Source: a virus. From it: 64,000 nucleotides of DNA. The position numbers and the translations under genes were made by a program. Location: positions 1 through 64,000 of the IMG/VR virus record IMGVR_UViG_3300002144_000072. The stretch is one strand, 5' to 3'. This document shows, piece by piece, positions 28,451-37,337 of the stretch. The first letter of the stretch is position 1; every line of letters begins with the position of its first letter. The notes beneath the pieces are model-generated. The model saw nothing but the letters and a program-made list of their open reading frames with translations, was not told where the DNA came from and ran no database searches.

Positions 28451-29188
28451 ATGAAAGATATTTTGCAAGACATTGTGTCGCATACACAAAACCTAGGCTT
28501 CTTAACTACAGTTAAAGTCACAGGCACAGAAAGCGGTACATCTATTAACTCAATGGCAGACGATCGTTCTGTTATTATGGAAGCTACTACTGCTGGTCCG
28601 TATCCAGATATGATCGGTGTCTTTGGTATGCCGCAACTTAACAAGTTGAAGTATTTGCTAGACGGCGCTGAGTATAAAGACAACGCTAAGATTACAATTA
28701 CTACAGCAGAACGTAATGGCGACACATTGCCAGTGGGTTTACACTTTGAAAACAAAGACGGCGACTTTAAAAACGACTACCGTTTTATGAATACAGAAAT
28801 TATCAACGAAAAGATGAAGACTGTCAAGTTCCGTGGTGTTAAGTGGGATGTAGAGATTGAGCCTACAGTTAGTTCAGTACAACGCTTTAACTTTCAAGCA
28901 GGCGCTAACAACGAACATCCTACGTTCTTAGCTAAGACAGATAGCGGCAACTTAAAGTTTATCTTTGGTGATGCTAGCACACATGGTGGTGAGTTTGTAT
29001 TTGCTACGGGTGTTGACGGTAAGTTGGATCGTGGTTGGACTTGGCCAGTGATGCCGATCTTGAGTATTCTTAAGATTGCCGATGTTAATAACACTAAGAT
29101 GTCGTTGAGTAATGAAGGTGCTATCCAGATTACTTTAGACAGTGGTCTAGCAACTTACAAATATATCATTCCAGCACAAGCGGCCTAA
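28451..29188 (+). CDS. Probable sliding clamp (gp45/PCNA-like)
   Basis: 245 aa, two-domain alpha/beta pattern, follows the polymerase, clamp loader present; no diagnostic motif. Confidence 0.55.
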   Translation: MKDILQDIVSHTQNLGFLTTVKVTGTESGTSINSMADDRSVIMEATTAGPYPDMIGVFGMPQLNKLKYLLDGAEYKDNAKITITTAERNGDTLPVGLHFENKDGDFKNDYRFMNTEIINEKMKTVKFRGVKWDVEIEPTVSSVQRFNFQAGANNEHPTFLAKTDSGNLKFIFGDASTHGGEFVFATGVDGKLDRGWTWPVMPILSILKIADVNNTKMSLSNEGAIQITLDSGLATYKYIIPAQAA

Positions 29189-29196
29189 ATATTAAT

Positions 29197-30732
29197 ATGA
29201 AAAAACCAGTTGACTTAACACCCTTACAGAAAGACTACGCAGTCTACTTGCCTGCGATTAGTTCTTTTTACTCAACATACATTGCCAAGCAACGTAAAGG
29301 AGAGTTTGTACCCAAGGATCGAATCCCAGCGGGGTTTGATCGCGGAATTGAAGGCATGAACTTCTTAAACCCAGAAGAAGGATACTTCTATTACAAGTTT
29401 GGTTTGTATTCAGCTGGTCATGCACAGTTAGACCTTAACAAGACTATGGATCATGATGCTATGGTACAGCAACGTGATCGTAGCAAGACTATGATCTTAG
29501 GCGACTCAGGCGGATATCAGATCGGTAAAGGCATTCTTAAGTTTGATTGGCTTGACTTTGAAGGCAAAGCAGCTAATAAGACACGTGATGATATTCTTAA
29601 CTGGCTTGAACTAACTGCTGACTGGTCCATGATGCTAGACGTTCCGACTTGGGCATGTGATCATATTCACAGTCCTAAGACCGGATTGAAGTCATTTGAA
29701 GACTGCCTGGATAAAACTCGTCACAACAACAAGTACTTCTTAGAAAATCGCTTAGGTGCTACTAAGTTCTTAAACGTTTTACAAGGAAGCAACTGGGATA
29801 CTGCGGAAGCGTGGTACGAAGGTGTTAAAGAGTTCAGTGACACTAAAGTTTGGGGCGAAAAAGCCGCTGAAGGTTGGGCAATGGGTGGTGCTAATATGTG
29901 CAAGATGCATATTACTCTACGTCGATTAATCACTATGCGCTTTGATGGTATGTTAGAAGGCAAGGATTGGATGCACTTCTTGGGTACTGCACAGTTAGAT
30001 TGGTCGTGCTACTTGACTAGTATTCAACGTCAGGTCCGTAAACATATTAATCCTAACTTTACAATCAGCTTTGACTGTGCGTCACCGTTCATTGCAACTG
30101 CACACGGACTTGTTTACACTAATAGTCAGCATACAGCCAAGCGATGGAGTGTTATCATGGACAAGGCTCCGGACAATAAAGCACTTGCATCACGTCCAGA
30201 CATTCCGTTTCCATTCGAAAGCGAAATTGGTCGTAGACTAAACATCTCTGATATCTGTCATTACAAGCCAGGAATGTTAAACAAGATTGGCAAAGAAGGC
30301 AAGACATCGTGGGATAGCTTTGGTTATGCTCTAATGATGGGTCATAATGTGTATCAACACATTGTTGCTGTACAACGTGCTAACAATTTGGCAGATATCG
30401 AGCTTGCTAAGATTCGTCCAGACTGGAGACAGTGGAAGAAGAACAAAGATCGTGATATGAGCGATGAGTACAGTGATTGGGTTCCACGGAACATCTTGTA
30501 CTTTGATCGCTTTGTTGAAGAACTGTTTGACTGCCCGGACAAAGAATCTGCATTTGATATGATTAAAGAAGCTGAAACTAGAGGCTTTATGCAGAATTTG
30601 GAAGGCTCACGCTTGCGTGGTGGTGTCACTAATATCTCAAATGACTTGTTCTACGAAGAAGGTGAAGAAGATAAAGATTCGTGGAATGACGATCGAGAAG
30701 ATACCGAATTGGATAAACTTGTAGCCGAATAA
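29197..30732 (+). CDS. dpdA: TGT-fold guanine transglycosylase (DpdA-like, DNA 7-deazaguanine insertion)
   Basis: GDSGGYQ, MMLDVP, VLQG, WAMGG, HFLG, SFDCAS motifs; clustered with folE and queE. Confidence 0.82.
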   Translation: MKKPVDLTPLQKDYAVYLPAISSFYSTYIAKQRKGEFVPKDRIPAGFDRGIEGMNFLNPEEGYFYYKFGLYSAGHAQLDLNKTMDHDAMVQQRDRSKTMILGDSGGYQIGKGILKFDWLDFEGKAANKTRDDILNWLELTADWSMMLDVPTWACDHIHSPKTGLKSFEDCLDKTRHNNKYFLENRLGATKFLNVLQGSNWDTAEAWYEGVKEFSDTKVWGEKAAEGWAMGGANMCKMHITLRRLITMRFDGMLEGKDWMHFLGTAQLDWSCYLTSIQRQVRKHINPNFTISFDCASPFIATAHGLVYTNSQHTAKRWSVIMDKAPDNKALASRPDIPFPFESEIGRRLNISDICHYKPGMLNKIGKEGKTSWDSFGYALMMGHNVYQHIVAVQRANNLADIELAKIRPDWRQWKKNKDRDMSDEYSDWVPRNILYFDRFVEELFDCPDKESAFDMIKEAETRGFMQNLEGSRLRGGVTNISNDLFYEEGEEDKDSWNDDREDTELDKLVAE

Positions 30733-30743
30733 GGAAACTTACT

Positions 30744-30926
30744 ATGTACGAAAGAAGAATTGCGTTCTTAGAAGAAACACATCGAGTGTTGGATAAACAA
30801 ATTATCTCTTTAGAAAAAAGCGGTGATGCTACTAGCGAGAGAATCACCGATTTGAAGAAAAAGAAGTTGACAATGAAAGATGAACTTGCTATACTAATAC
30901 ATAAGCAAAACAACACCCTGAACTAA
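30744..30926 (+). CDS. DUF465/YdcH-like small coiled-coil protein
   Basis: H..LDKQI...LKKKKL.MKDEL. Confidence 0.6.
   Translation: MYERRIAFLEETHRVLDKQIISLEKSGDATSERITDLKKKKLTMKDELAILIHKQNNTLN
30867..30895 (+). promoter_or_regulatory. Sigma70 promoter TTGACA-17-TATACT
   Basis: Near-consensus, inside ORF 30744. Confidence 0.6.
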
Positions 30927-30933
30927 GGCAACT

Positions 30934-31140
30934 ATGTCCTCTACATTTACACTCAATCGAACACAAGTTGAAAAACTTGCTAAGATGACTCAACACTTCA
31001 AAGAAGTAGAATGGTTTACTTTGGAAGAAACACGTTGTAGCGGCATTGGCCCTACGGTCACTGTTAAATTCAACCTTTTCAACGATAATGACAAAGATAA
31101 CGACACTACCGTTGATATTACAGATGTGAGTACATGGTAA
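30934..31140 (+). CDS. Hypothetical protein
   Basis: ORF with SD-like AAGG. Confidence 0.55.
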   Translation: MSSTFTLNRTQVEKLAKMTQHFKEVEWFTLEETRCSGIGPTVTVKFNLFNDNDKDNDTTVDITDVSTW

Positions 31141-31571
31141 TGAGTGAAGATCAAGAATACGAACAATTTACTAAAAACATGGAAGAACGTTTTCCAAAAA
31201 TGTTTAGTAGTCCATACGGTGGATTTGCTGTAGGTGCTGGCTGGTATCCCATTTTAGAAAAGCTGTGTGATAACATTCAAAATCATGTTGATTGGAAGAA
31301 CAGAGAAACTCTAGTTGTGCCACAAGTTGTCGTAGCACAGATTAAAGAAAAGTTTGGTGGTTTGCGATTTTACTACGATGGCGGCGATGACTACATTCGC
31401 GGACTAGTTAGCATGGCAGAATCGTGGGCAGACCGTGCTTGTGAAACATGCGGTGGCGCTGGTAAAAAGCGTAATAGTGGTTGGATTCGTACGCTGTGCG
31501 ATCTCCATGAAGAAGAACTGCAAGAACGTAAACGTACACAAGAAATGAAAGTATCGGGGTTAGAAGAATGA
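31140..31571 (+). CDS. Conserved phage protein (QIKEKFGGLRFY / CxxCG family)
   Basis: GW..IL, QIKEKFGGLRFY, CETCG, W..TLC..H. Confidence 0.7.
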   Translation: MSEDQEYEQFTKNMEERFPKMFSSPYGGFAVGAGWYPILEKLCDNIQNHVDWKNRETLVVPQVVVAQIKEKFGGLRFYYDGGDDYIRGLVSMAESWADRACETCGGAGKKRNSGWIRTLCDLHEEELQERKRTQEMKVSGLEE

Positions 31572-32101
31572 AACGTAATTATGAAACAGGTGTTGCTGAT
31601 AGTATTAGCTTCTTTACAGGTATTGAAATCGAAACAACTCCTGCTTACGGAAAGAAAACTCTTTTCGTAGTAGGTGTACATGATCCTTATCAAGTCATGG
31701 CAGAAGCTAATAAACACAATTGCACTCATATATACTTTGGTGCTAATCAAAGTTTTCCTAAACTCGAAACCAACGATGCAGCAGGTTGGGCACTGTGGGA
31801 AAACATGATCTATGTATGTTTAGATGCAGATGACGAGTTTTGGTGTACACTAGACCTCGATGTATCACAAGTTGAAGGACTACTAGAAAGTGGTCTTACA
31901 GAAAAACGTCAGTTCATTCCGCAACTTAGTGTTAAGATCCCATACATTCAGCAACTAGGATACAATGCTACAATTAAAATTGACGATACCGGTTTTAAAG
32001 CATCTAATCCCGGTGTGTGGTGTCACTTGATTGCAGACATGATGGATCGTGAAAGATTCACTAGCTGGGATCAATATGGCAAAGATGAGATTATCAAATA
32101 A
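31568..32101 (+). CDS. Hypothetical protein in the DNA-modification locus
   Basis: Enzyme-like motifs (GIEIE.TP..G..TLFV, HIYFGANQSF, KIDD..F..SNPGVW); function unknown. Confidence 0.65.
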   Translation: MKRNYETGVADSISFFTGIEIETTPAYGKKTLFVVGVHDPYQVMAEANKHNCTHIYFGANQSFPKLETNDAAGWALWENMIYVCLDADDEFWCTLDLDVSQVEGLLESGLTEKRQFIPQLSVKIPYIQQLGYNATIKIDDTGFKASNPGVWCHLIADMMDRERFTSWDQYGKDEIIK

Positions 32102-32493
32102 TGGGAACACACGGTCCAGCATACGCAACTGCTTCTAGTAGAGCGTCAACTCGTATATCACGTGGAATAGGCATTCCACTTCAATCCCGTAAAGCAATTA
32201 AAAAAGTAAAAACTATGAAATTAACATTTAGACAACGATTCCTCAACTGGCTTTTTGAAGAAAAAGCAGAAGCTGATGACTACAGTAATCACTCTGTCTC
32301 AGTTGATGAGTCTAAGCTTCATTCCGAAGGCATGCGTTTACAAATATATTCAGCGTCGGGCGGATTTGTTATTGAAACTAGAAAATATGATCGCCGTAAA
32401 GATGAGAACATTACCTCAATGTATGTTATTACAGAAGAAATGGATCTTGGAAACGAAATCGGAAAGATTCTCACTATGGAAAGTTTGAAGTAA
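32101..32493 (+). CDS. Hypothetical protein
   Basis: Coupled ORF. Confidence 0.55.
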   Translation: MGTHGPAYATASSRASTRISRGIGIPLQSRKAIKKVKTMKLTFRQRFLNWLFEEKAEADDYSNHSVSVDESKLHSEGMRLQIYSASGGFVIETRKYDRRKDENITSMYVITEEMDLGNEIGKILTMESLK

Positions 32494-32568
32494 ATGTCAC
32501 TTGACAACGATGAACAAGAGTCGTATTATAAGTATATACAACGTAGATCTAAAGAAGAAGATAATAAA

Positions 32569-32958
32569 ATGATTATTAAGCAAGACGTTCGCCCTAACAA
32601 AATGATTTGGGTGACATTTCGAAAAGAGGGTATGCACAAGTATCCTGCCGCACTAACTGATCCTGCTCTAGCTACAGGCGATGAGTATGATGTAAGTTTT
32701 CTAGGCTATCCGCATCGTCATATCTTCCACTTTAAAGTGTGGATTGGTATTACGCACGATGATCGCGATATTGAGTTCATTCAATTTAAACGCTGGTTGG
32801 AAAATCTGTACAAAGAAGGTACACTCCAACTTGATTTTAAGAGTTGCGAAATGATGTCAGGTGATTTATACGACAGCATTTCACAAAAGTATCCAGGCCG
32901 TGAGGTTTGGATTGAGGTCTCCGAAGACGGAGAAAATGGTTCATTTATTAAGTACTAA
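32569..32958 (+). CDS. QueD-like T-fold protein, DpdL type (predicted CDG decarboxylase)
   Basis: FLGYPHRHIFHF (LxxxHRHxF rather than QueD CxxxHGH), DRDIEFIQFK, SCEM, EDGENG. The start is inferred from the promoter-like TTGACA-17-TATTAT at 32501-32529. Confidence 0.7.
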   Translation: MIIKQDVRPNKMIWVTFRKEGMHKYPAALTDPALATGDEYDVSFLGYPHRHIFHFKVWIGITHDDRDIEFIQFKRWLENLYKEGTLQLDFKSCEMMSGDLYDSISQKYPGREVWIEVSEDGENGSFIKY

Positions 32959-32970
32959 AGGAAAGCTATA

Positions 32971-33264
32971 ATGGCTAAGAACTACAAGGATTATTCCTAT
33001 TTCGCAAATCGCCCAGACGTTGTTAAAGTGTGGGAGGATCTCGAAGCGTATCTAGATTGGTGTAGATTCGAACTCCGAGAGTTCAATCCTGCGGACCTCT
33101 ATCGTAGAGATTCACAGAACTATGGTGCGTATCTGGCAAGTAAACGACCACGTCGCCCTTACCAAGGCAACAAGCCAAGGTTTGATAACAACAAGCCAAG
33201 GTTTGATAACAACAAGCCAAGGTTTGATAACAACAGTCCACGCTTTGAACGAGGTACTCGATAA
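32971..33264 (+). CDS. Hypothetical protein with NKPRFDN repeats
   Basis: ORF with SD; C-terminal repeat tail. Confidence 0.65.
   Translation: MAKNYKDYSYFANRPDVVKVWEDLEAYLDWCRFELREFNPADLYRRDSQNYGAYLASKRPRRPYQGNKPRFDNNKPRFDNNKPRFDNNSPRFERGTR
33169..33252 (+). repeat. 21-nt tandem repeat (3 perfect + 1 degenerate)
   Basis: AACAAGCCAAGGTTTGATAAC x3 at 33169-33231. Confidence 0.95.
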
Positions 33265-34335
33265 ATGGCAAGAGTTTTCCTTATTGACCTAGAAGCAGTT
33301 GAAACTCGCTATACGGGCCAGTGGAAAACTCACTTGCCTTTACTTCTTGAAAGGAACAAACACGATGTTCATGTTATATCAGGGCCTACGGATATCCCTA
33401 GTGCGACTACGCCTGGGGCTTTCCTTAACTTTGGCGGCACTAATATATATAAGGCTAGCCAAGTTGAGCAGATGGGTCGGCTTTTTTGCAACGGAGCCGT
33501 TCGCCCCGGCGATCATTTTATTTTTACTGATGCTTGGCACCCGGGTATTATCAACTTAAAGTACATGAGTGAATTGCTGGGCATTCCAGTAGTCACACAC
33601 GGCTTATGGCATGCTGGTAGTTATGATCCACAAGACTTCTTAGGACGTCTTGTTGGAGATAAGCCTTGGGTTAGACATGCTGAGAAGAGTTTCTTTTACG
33701 CATTTGACCACAACTACTTTGCCACAGACTTTCACATTGAAATGTTTTGCGAAGAACTTTTAGGCTGTATTGTTGGCTTACGTGAGAATCACGCCAATAA
33801 CAAAATTGTACGCACAGGTTGGCCTATGGAGTATATGCAGAATACACTAGCAATGTATAAGAACATGCCCAAGCGTGATCTTATTTTGTTTCCGCATCGT
33901 ATTGCTCCAGAGAAGCAGGTTGAAATCTTCCGTGACTTAAAAGAACACTTGCCGCAGTATGAGTTTGTTGTGTGCCAGGATCAACAGCTAACAAAGAATG
34001 AATATCATAATTTGTTAGGTGAAGCTAAACTTGTGTTCAGTGCTAACCTACAAGAAACACTGGGTATTAGTTGGTATGAAGGTGCAATAGTTGATGCTAT
34101 TCCTATGGTGCCAGATAGACTAAGCTACAGCGAAATGGCGTTTGAGGCGTTTAAGTACCCTAGCGAATGGGCCGAATCGTTTGAGTCTTATATAAAGTAT
34201 CGTCCGTTGGTAATCGAAAAGATCATCGACTATATGGAAAATTATAAAGATTACTTACCTCGCCTAAATAAACAAGTAAAGTTATTAACAGAAGATTATT
34301 TTAGTTGCAATCAGCTGTTAAAGATGTTAAACTAA
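33265..34335 (+). CDS. GT-B fold glycosyltransferase
   Basis: FPHRIAPEKQ and QETLGIS..EG....PMVPDRLSY.EM (ExxG-x4-E GT4-like motif). Confidence 0.75.
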   Translation: MARVFLIDLEAVETRYTGQWKTHLPLLLERNKHDVHVISGPTDIPSATTPGAFLNFGGTNIYKASQVEQMGRLFCNGAVRPGDHFIFTDAWHPGIINLKYMSELLGIPVVTHGLWHAGSYDPQDFLGRLVGDKPWVRHAEKSFFYAFDHNYFATDFHIEMFCEELLGCIVGLRENHANNKIVRTGWPMEYMQNTLAMYKNMPKRDLILFPHRIAPEKQVEIFRDLKEHLPQYEFVVCQDQQLTKNEYHNLLGEAKLVFSANLQETLGISWYEGAIVDAIPMVPDRLSYSEMAFEAFKYPSEWAESFESYIKYRPLVIEKIIDYMENYKDYLPRLNKQVKLLTEDYFSCNQLLKMLN

Positions 34336-34373
34336 TTATAACAGGTCATCCTCGACCTTAACTCGGAGAAAAA

Positions 34374-34766
34374 ATGCAATTAGTCAAAATACTAGAAGAC
34401 CTTACTTCTAATCAAGACGAATACAATGAGCTGTATAATACCGATCATTTATTTGTTATCAAAGGAAAAGACCTCGACGATCACGGTCTAATTGATGTCA
34501 TCAACGACATCGATCATCACGAGTGGTTTAGAAAACTGCGAGGTATGGGATTCGGTCCTGCAAAACTACACAACATCCATAACAATAAAGACTGGGTACA
34601 CGGATACATTATTGCTGTATCTAATCAAAATCTAACCAACTTTGAAAAGTTAGCTGTATTAGTTGGAATGAAACACGGGTATACATTTTCAAAAATAGAC
34701 ATCTTTCAATCTAAGAAAGAAAAAGTAGACACTCACTTTGATTCGCTATTTGAGGTAATTCAATGA
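34374..34766 (+). CDS. Hypothetical protein
   Basis: SD GGAG; overlaps the folE start. Confidence 0.55.
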   Translation: MQLVKILEDLTSNQDEYNELYNTDHLFVIKGKDLDDHGLIDVINDIDHHEWFRKLRGMGFGPAKLHNIHNNKDWVHGYIIAVSNQNLTNFEKLAVLVGMKHGYTFSKIDIFQSKKEKVDTHFDSLFEVIQ

Positions 34767-35509
34767 CAGATAAAAAAGAAACAGGACTAGACGCTATGGC
34801 AGGTGATGGTGGCTATAGTGAAGGATATCTAGGCGATAACATTCGTGCTAGAATGAAACGTGATAAAAAGCGTTTCTGGGCAGGCGACAACATCAGCGAG
34901 TATGTACATTTTACAGATTTTGATAGACTTGTTGACGAAGCTACCGTCGCCTTTGAAGGCGTACTTGATGCACTGTTAATCGATCGTGAGAATGATCCTA
35001 ACTCGCAAGGTACTGCACGTAGACTTGCCAAGATGTACTTTAACGAAATTATGGCAGGGCGTTATGAATCTGCACCAGACGCAACAGCGTTTCCAAATGA
35101 CACCGAGGACAGATATGAAGGCATGTTGGTTGTACGTAGTGAGTTGCGTAGTATGTGTAGTCATCACCATCAGCCTGTCGCTGGGGTTGCCTACATTGGA
35201 ATTATTGCTGCTCAAAAGTTAATTGGTCTTAGCAAATATACTCGCATTGCACAGTGGTGTGCTAGACGAGGTACACTACAAGAAGAACTCTGCAACGACA
35301 TTGCTCGTGAGATCAGTAAGGCAACTGATAGTGAAAATGTAGCAGTTTACATTCAAGCAGTACACGGATGTTGTGAGAATCGTGGAATTATGGCGCATAG
35401 TAGTCTAACACAAACTACAGTATTGAAAGGTGCGTTCAATACAGATCAAAGCACAAAGAAAGAGTTCTTTGACAACATTAAACTACAACAGGAGTTTGCC
35501 TCAAGATGA
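34763..35509 (+). CDS. folE: GTP cyclohydrolase I
   Basis: T.RR.AKMY, SMCSHH, GLSKY.R, LQE, H.C...RG. Confidence 0.95.
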   Translation: MTDKKETGLDAMAGDGGYSEGYLGDNIRARMKRDKKRFWAGDNISEYVHFTDFDRLVDEATVAFEGVLDALLIDRENDPNSQGTARRLAKMYFNEIMAGRYESAPDATAFPNDTEDRYEGMLVVRSELRSMCSHHHQPVAGVAYIGIIAAQKLIGLSKYTRIAQWCARRGTLQEELCNDIAREISKATDSENVAVYIQAVHGCCENRGIMAHSSLTQTTVLKGAFNTDQSTKKEFFDNIKLQQEFASR

Positions 35510-35931
35510 GTACTTGGTTTGCGCCGCTTAAAGATAATCTAATGGTACAACAGCAGATCGACGGCGCATGGCAACACATGGTTGGTGTGATTATGTTAAA
35601 TCAAACAGGAAGGAAGGCAGTGAAACTAACACTGCCCGAATTCTTATATTGGTTTCCTATGCCACAAAATCTGCTAGATGCTGACGAAGAGTTTGTTAAG
35701 AGTATTATCGCCCCGTTAGGAATGGTGAATGTTCGCTATACTCGTTTGTTTAGAATGACCCAAGACTTCTTGACATGGGACAGAAATGATGCTACAATAT
35801 TGTATGGCATTGGAAAGTATGGTTCTGATAGTTATGAAATCTTTTTTAAGAACAACTATAATGTAGAACCTACTGACAAAGAACTAAAACGTTATTTAGA
35901 AGAAGAGGTGTATTATATCTATGCTGCTTAA
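35506..35931 (+). CDS. MBD4-like HhH DNA glycosylase
   Basis: W..MVGVIMLNQT, PLG...R, LYGIGKYGSDSYEIF, closely resembling the MBD4 catalytic domain. Confidence 0.75.
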   Translation: MSTWFAPLKDNLMVQQQIDGAWQHMVGVIMLNQTGRKAVKLTLPEFLYWFPMPQNLLDADEEFVKSIIAPLGMVNVRYTRLFRMTQDFLTWDRNDATILYGIGKYGSDSYEIFFKNNYNVEPTDKELKRYLEEEVYYIYAA

Positions 35932-36385
35932 ACTTTTAGAAAGAGTCGGTCGAAAGCGTATCATCTACGACCGTGTGCATAATGAACCTTACTTAGAACG
36001 CTACTACCTCTTTCTTAAAGAGCGTAAGAGTTTTCCTTTTAACGTATTCTTACACAAGTTCTTAAAAGGTGATCCGGACGATGTTCACGATCATCCTTGG
36101 CCTTATGCTACACTAATATTACGTGGGGGCTACTGGGAATACACTCCAGTGTTTACAGACGATGGCACAATGGTCGGGGAAGAAAAACACTGGCGTGGCC
36201 CTGGACATTTTAGAACGTGCCAACCAAACAGCTATCATAGAATTGAATTAGAACCAGGTATCACTGCTTGGACACTGTTCATGCCTGGTCCTCACAAACG
36301 TGAGTGGGGATTTTTAGTTAAGGATAAATGGGTACACAATGAACAGTATCTAGAAGGAAGAAGAATACATGGCAATGAATCATGA
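35921..36385 (+). CDS. Cupin-fold protein
   Basis: HDHPW...ILRGGYWE...YHRIEL...WTLF. Confidence 0.75.
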   Translation: MLLKLLERVGRKRIIYDRVHNEPYLERYYLFLKERKSFPFNVFLHKFLKGDPDDVHDHPWPYATLILRGGYWEYTPVFTDDGTMVGEEKHWRGPGHFRTCQPNSYHRIELEPGITAWTLFMPGPHKREWGFLVKDKWVHNEQYLEGRRIHGNES

Positions 36386-36557
36386 TGCAAAATCTAAAGA
36401 CGCAGAAACAGAACGACTGATGGCTGAATTTTTAGCCAAGGGCGGTGCGGTCACTAAAGGCAAAACTAAGCCCATGGCAAATGAATTAGGCATTAGCAAC
36501 TACACTTGGAATAATAAACTTACTAAAGCGGAGAAATCCGCAAAGGATGGAAAATGA
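36369..36557 (+). CDS. Small protein with SutA-like motif
   Basis: LMAEFLAKGGAVT. Confidence 0.5.
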   Translation: MAMNHDAKSKDAETERLMAEFLAKGGAVTKGKTKPMANELGISNYTWNNKLTKAEKSAKDGK

Positions 36558-37111
36558 TTAAAAAACATTATTACAGCTGGCAAGACGTAGAAACAATGTG
36601 TACTGATATATCGTTGCAGATGTATCAAGACAACTGGCGTCCTAATTATATTGTAGGTATTACTCGTGGTGGTAATGTTCCTGCTACTATTCTCAGCAAT
36701 ATGCTCGGCGTTCGATGCGAAGCACTTAAAGTTAGCCTACGTGACGACGAACAAGGGCCAGAAAGCAATTTATGGATGGCCGAAGATGCATTTGGATATA
36801 ACGATCCTCCCAAGAATGGCATCACAGGATCACGTTGGGATATTTCGCTGCGTAAGAATATTCTTATTGTAGATGATATTAACGATAGCGGTGCTACATT
36901 TAACTGGATTAAAGAAGATTGGCAGGGTAGTTGTTTGCCCGACGAAGCAGCTTGGAACACTGTTTGGGGCAACAATGTTCGGTTTGCAGTATTAACTGAA
37001 AACGGATCTAGTTCTTTTGATGATGTTTCGTACTATTCACACGCTGTAAACAAGTTAGAAGAAGATACTTGGTTAGTTTACCCGTGGGAGAAGGTAGGTC
37101 AATATGATTGA
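36554..37111 (+). CDS. Type I purine phosphoribosyltransferase (Gpt-like)
   Basis: VGITRGG, ILIVDDINDSGAT PRPP loop, WLVYPWE. Confidence 0.88.
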   Translation: MIKKHYYSWQDVETMCTDISLQMYQDNWRPNYIVGITRGGNVPATILSNMLGVRCEALKVSLRDDEQGPESNLWMAEDAFGYNDPPKNGITGSRWDISLRKNILIVDDINDSGATFNWIKEDWQGSCLPDEAAWNTVWGNNVRFAVLTENGSSSFDDVSYYSHAVNKLEEDTWLVYPWEKVGQYD

Positions 37112-37337
37112 TACACGCATTGATGTGTACTGCACAGATAAAAATAAAAATGTTGACGGATATATTATAAATGTCAATAGGGGAAAGTTTCTAGAAATTG
37201 CCATTAACACTGTGAAAGTTAAGATGGCATTTGAAGCTAAACATGCTCACTATGTAGGCAATATGGCTGGCTACGAGTTTATCGTAAAGGACCGTGACTT
37301 GCCAGACGAACAACGAGAATATGCGAGAAAGCGATGA
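37104..37337 (+). CDS. Hypothetical protein
   Basis: Coupled ORF. Confidence 0.55.
   Translation: MIDTRIDVYCTDKNKNVDGYIINVNRGKFLEIAINTVKVKMAFEAKHAHYVGNMAGYEFIVKDRDLPDEQREYARKR

Noticed and set aside
29197-30732. tRNA-guanine transglycosylase (Tgt) for queuosine
   Set aside because: Divergent, longer than bacterial Tgt, lacks the CxCxxC zinc motif and sits next to polymerase/clamp genes; a DNA-acting DpdA is more likely, though unproven.
32569-32958. Canonical QueD
   Set aside because: Has LxxxHRHxF rather than CxxxHGH; it may still supply QueD activity if no other queD exists in the genome.
33169-33252. Possible mini CRISPR array
   Set aside because: Repeats are head-to-tail without spacers, in frame within a CDS, and no cas genes are present.
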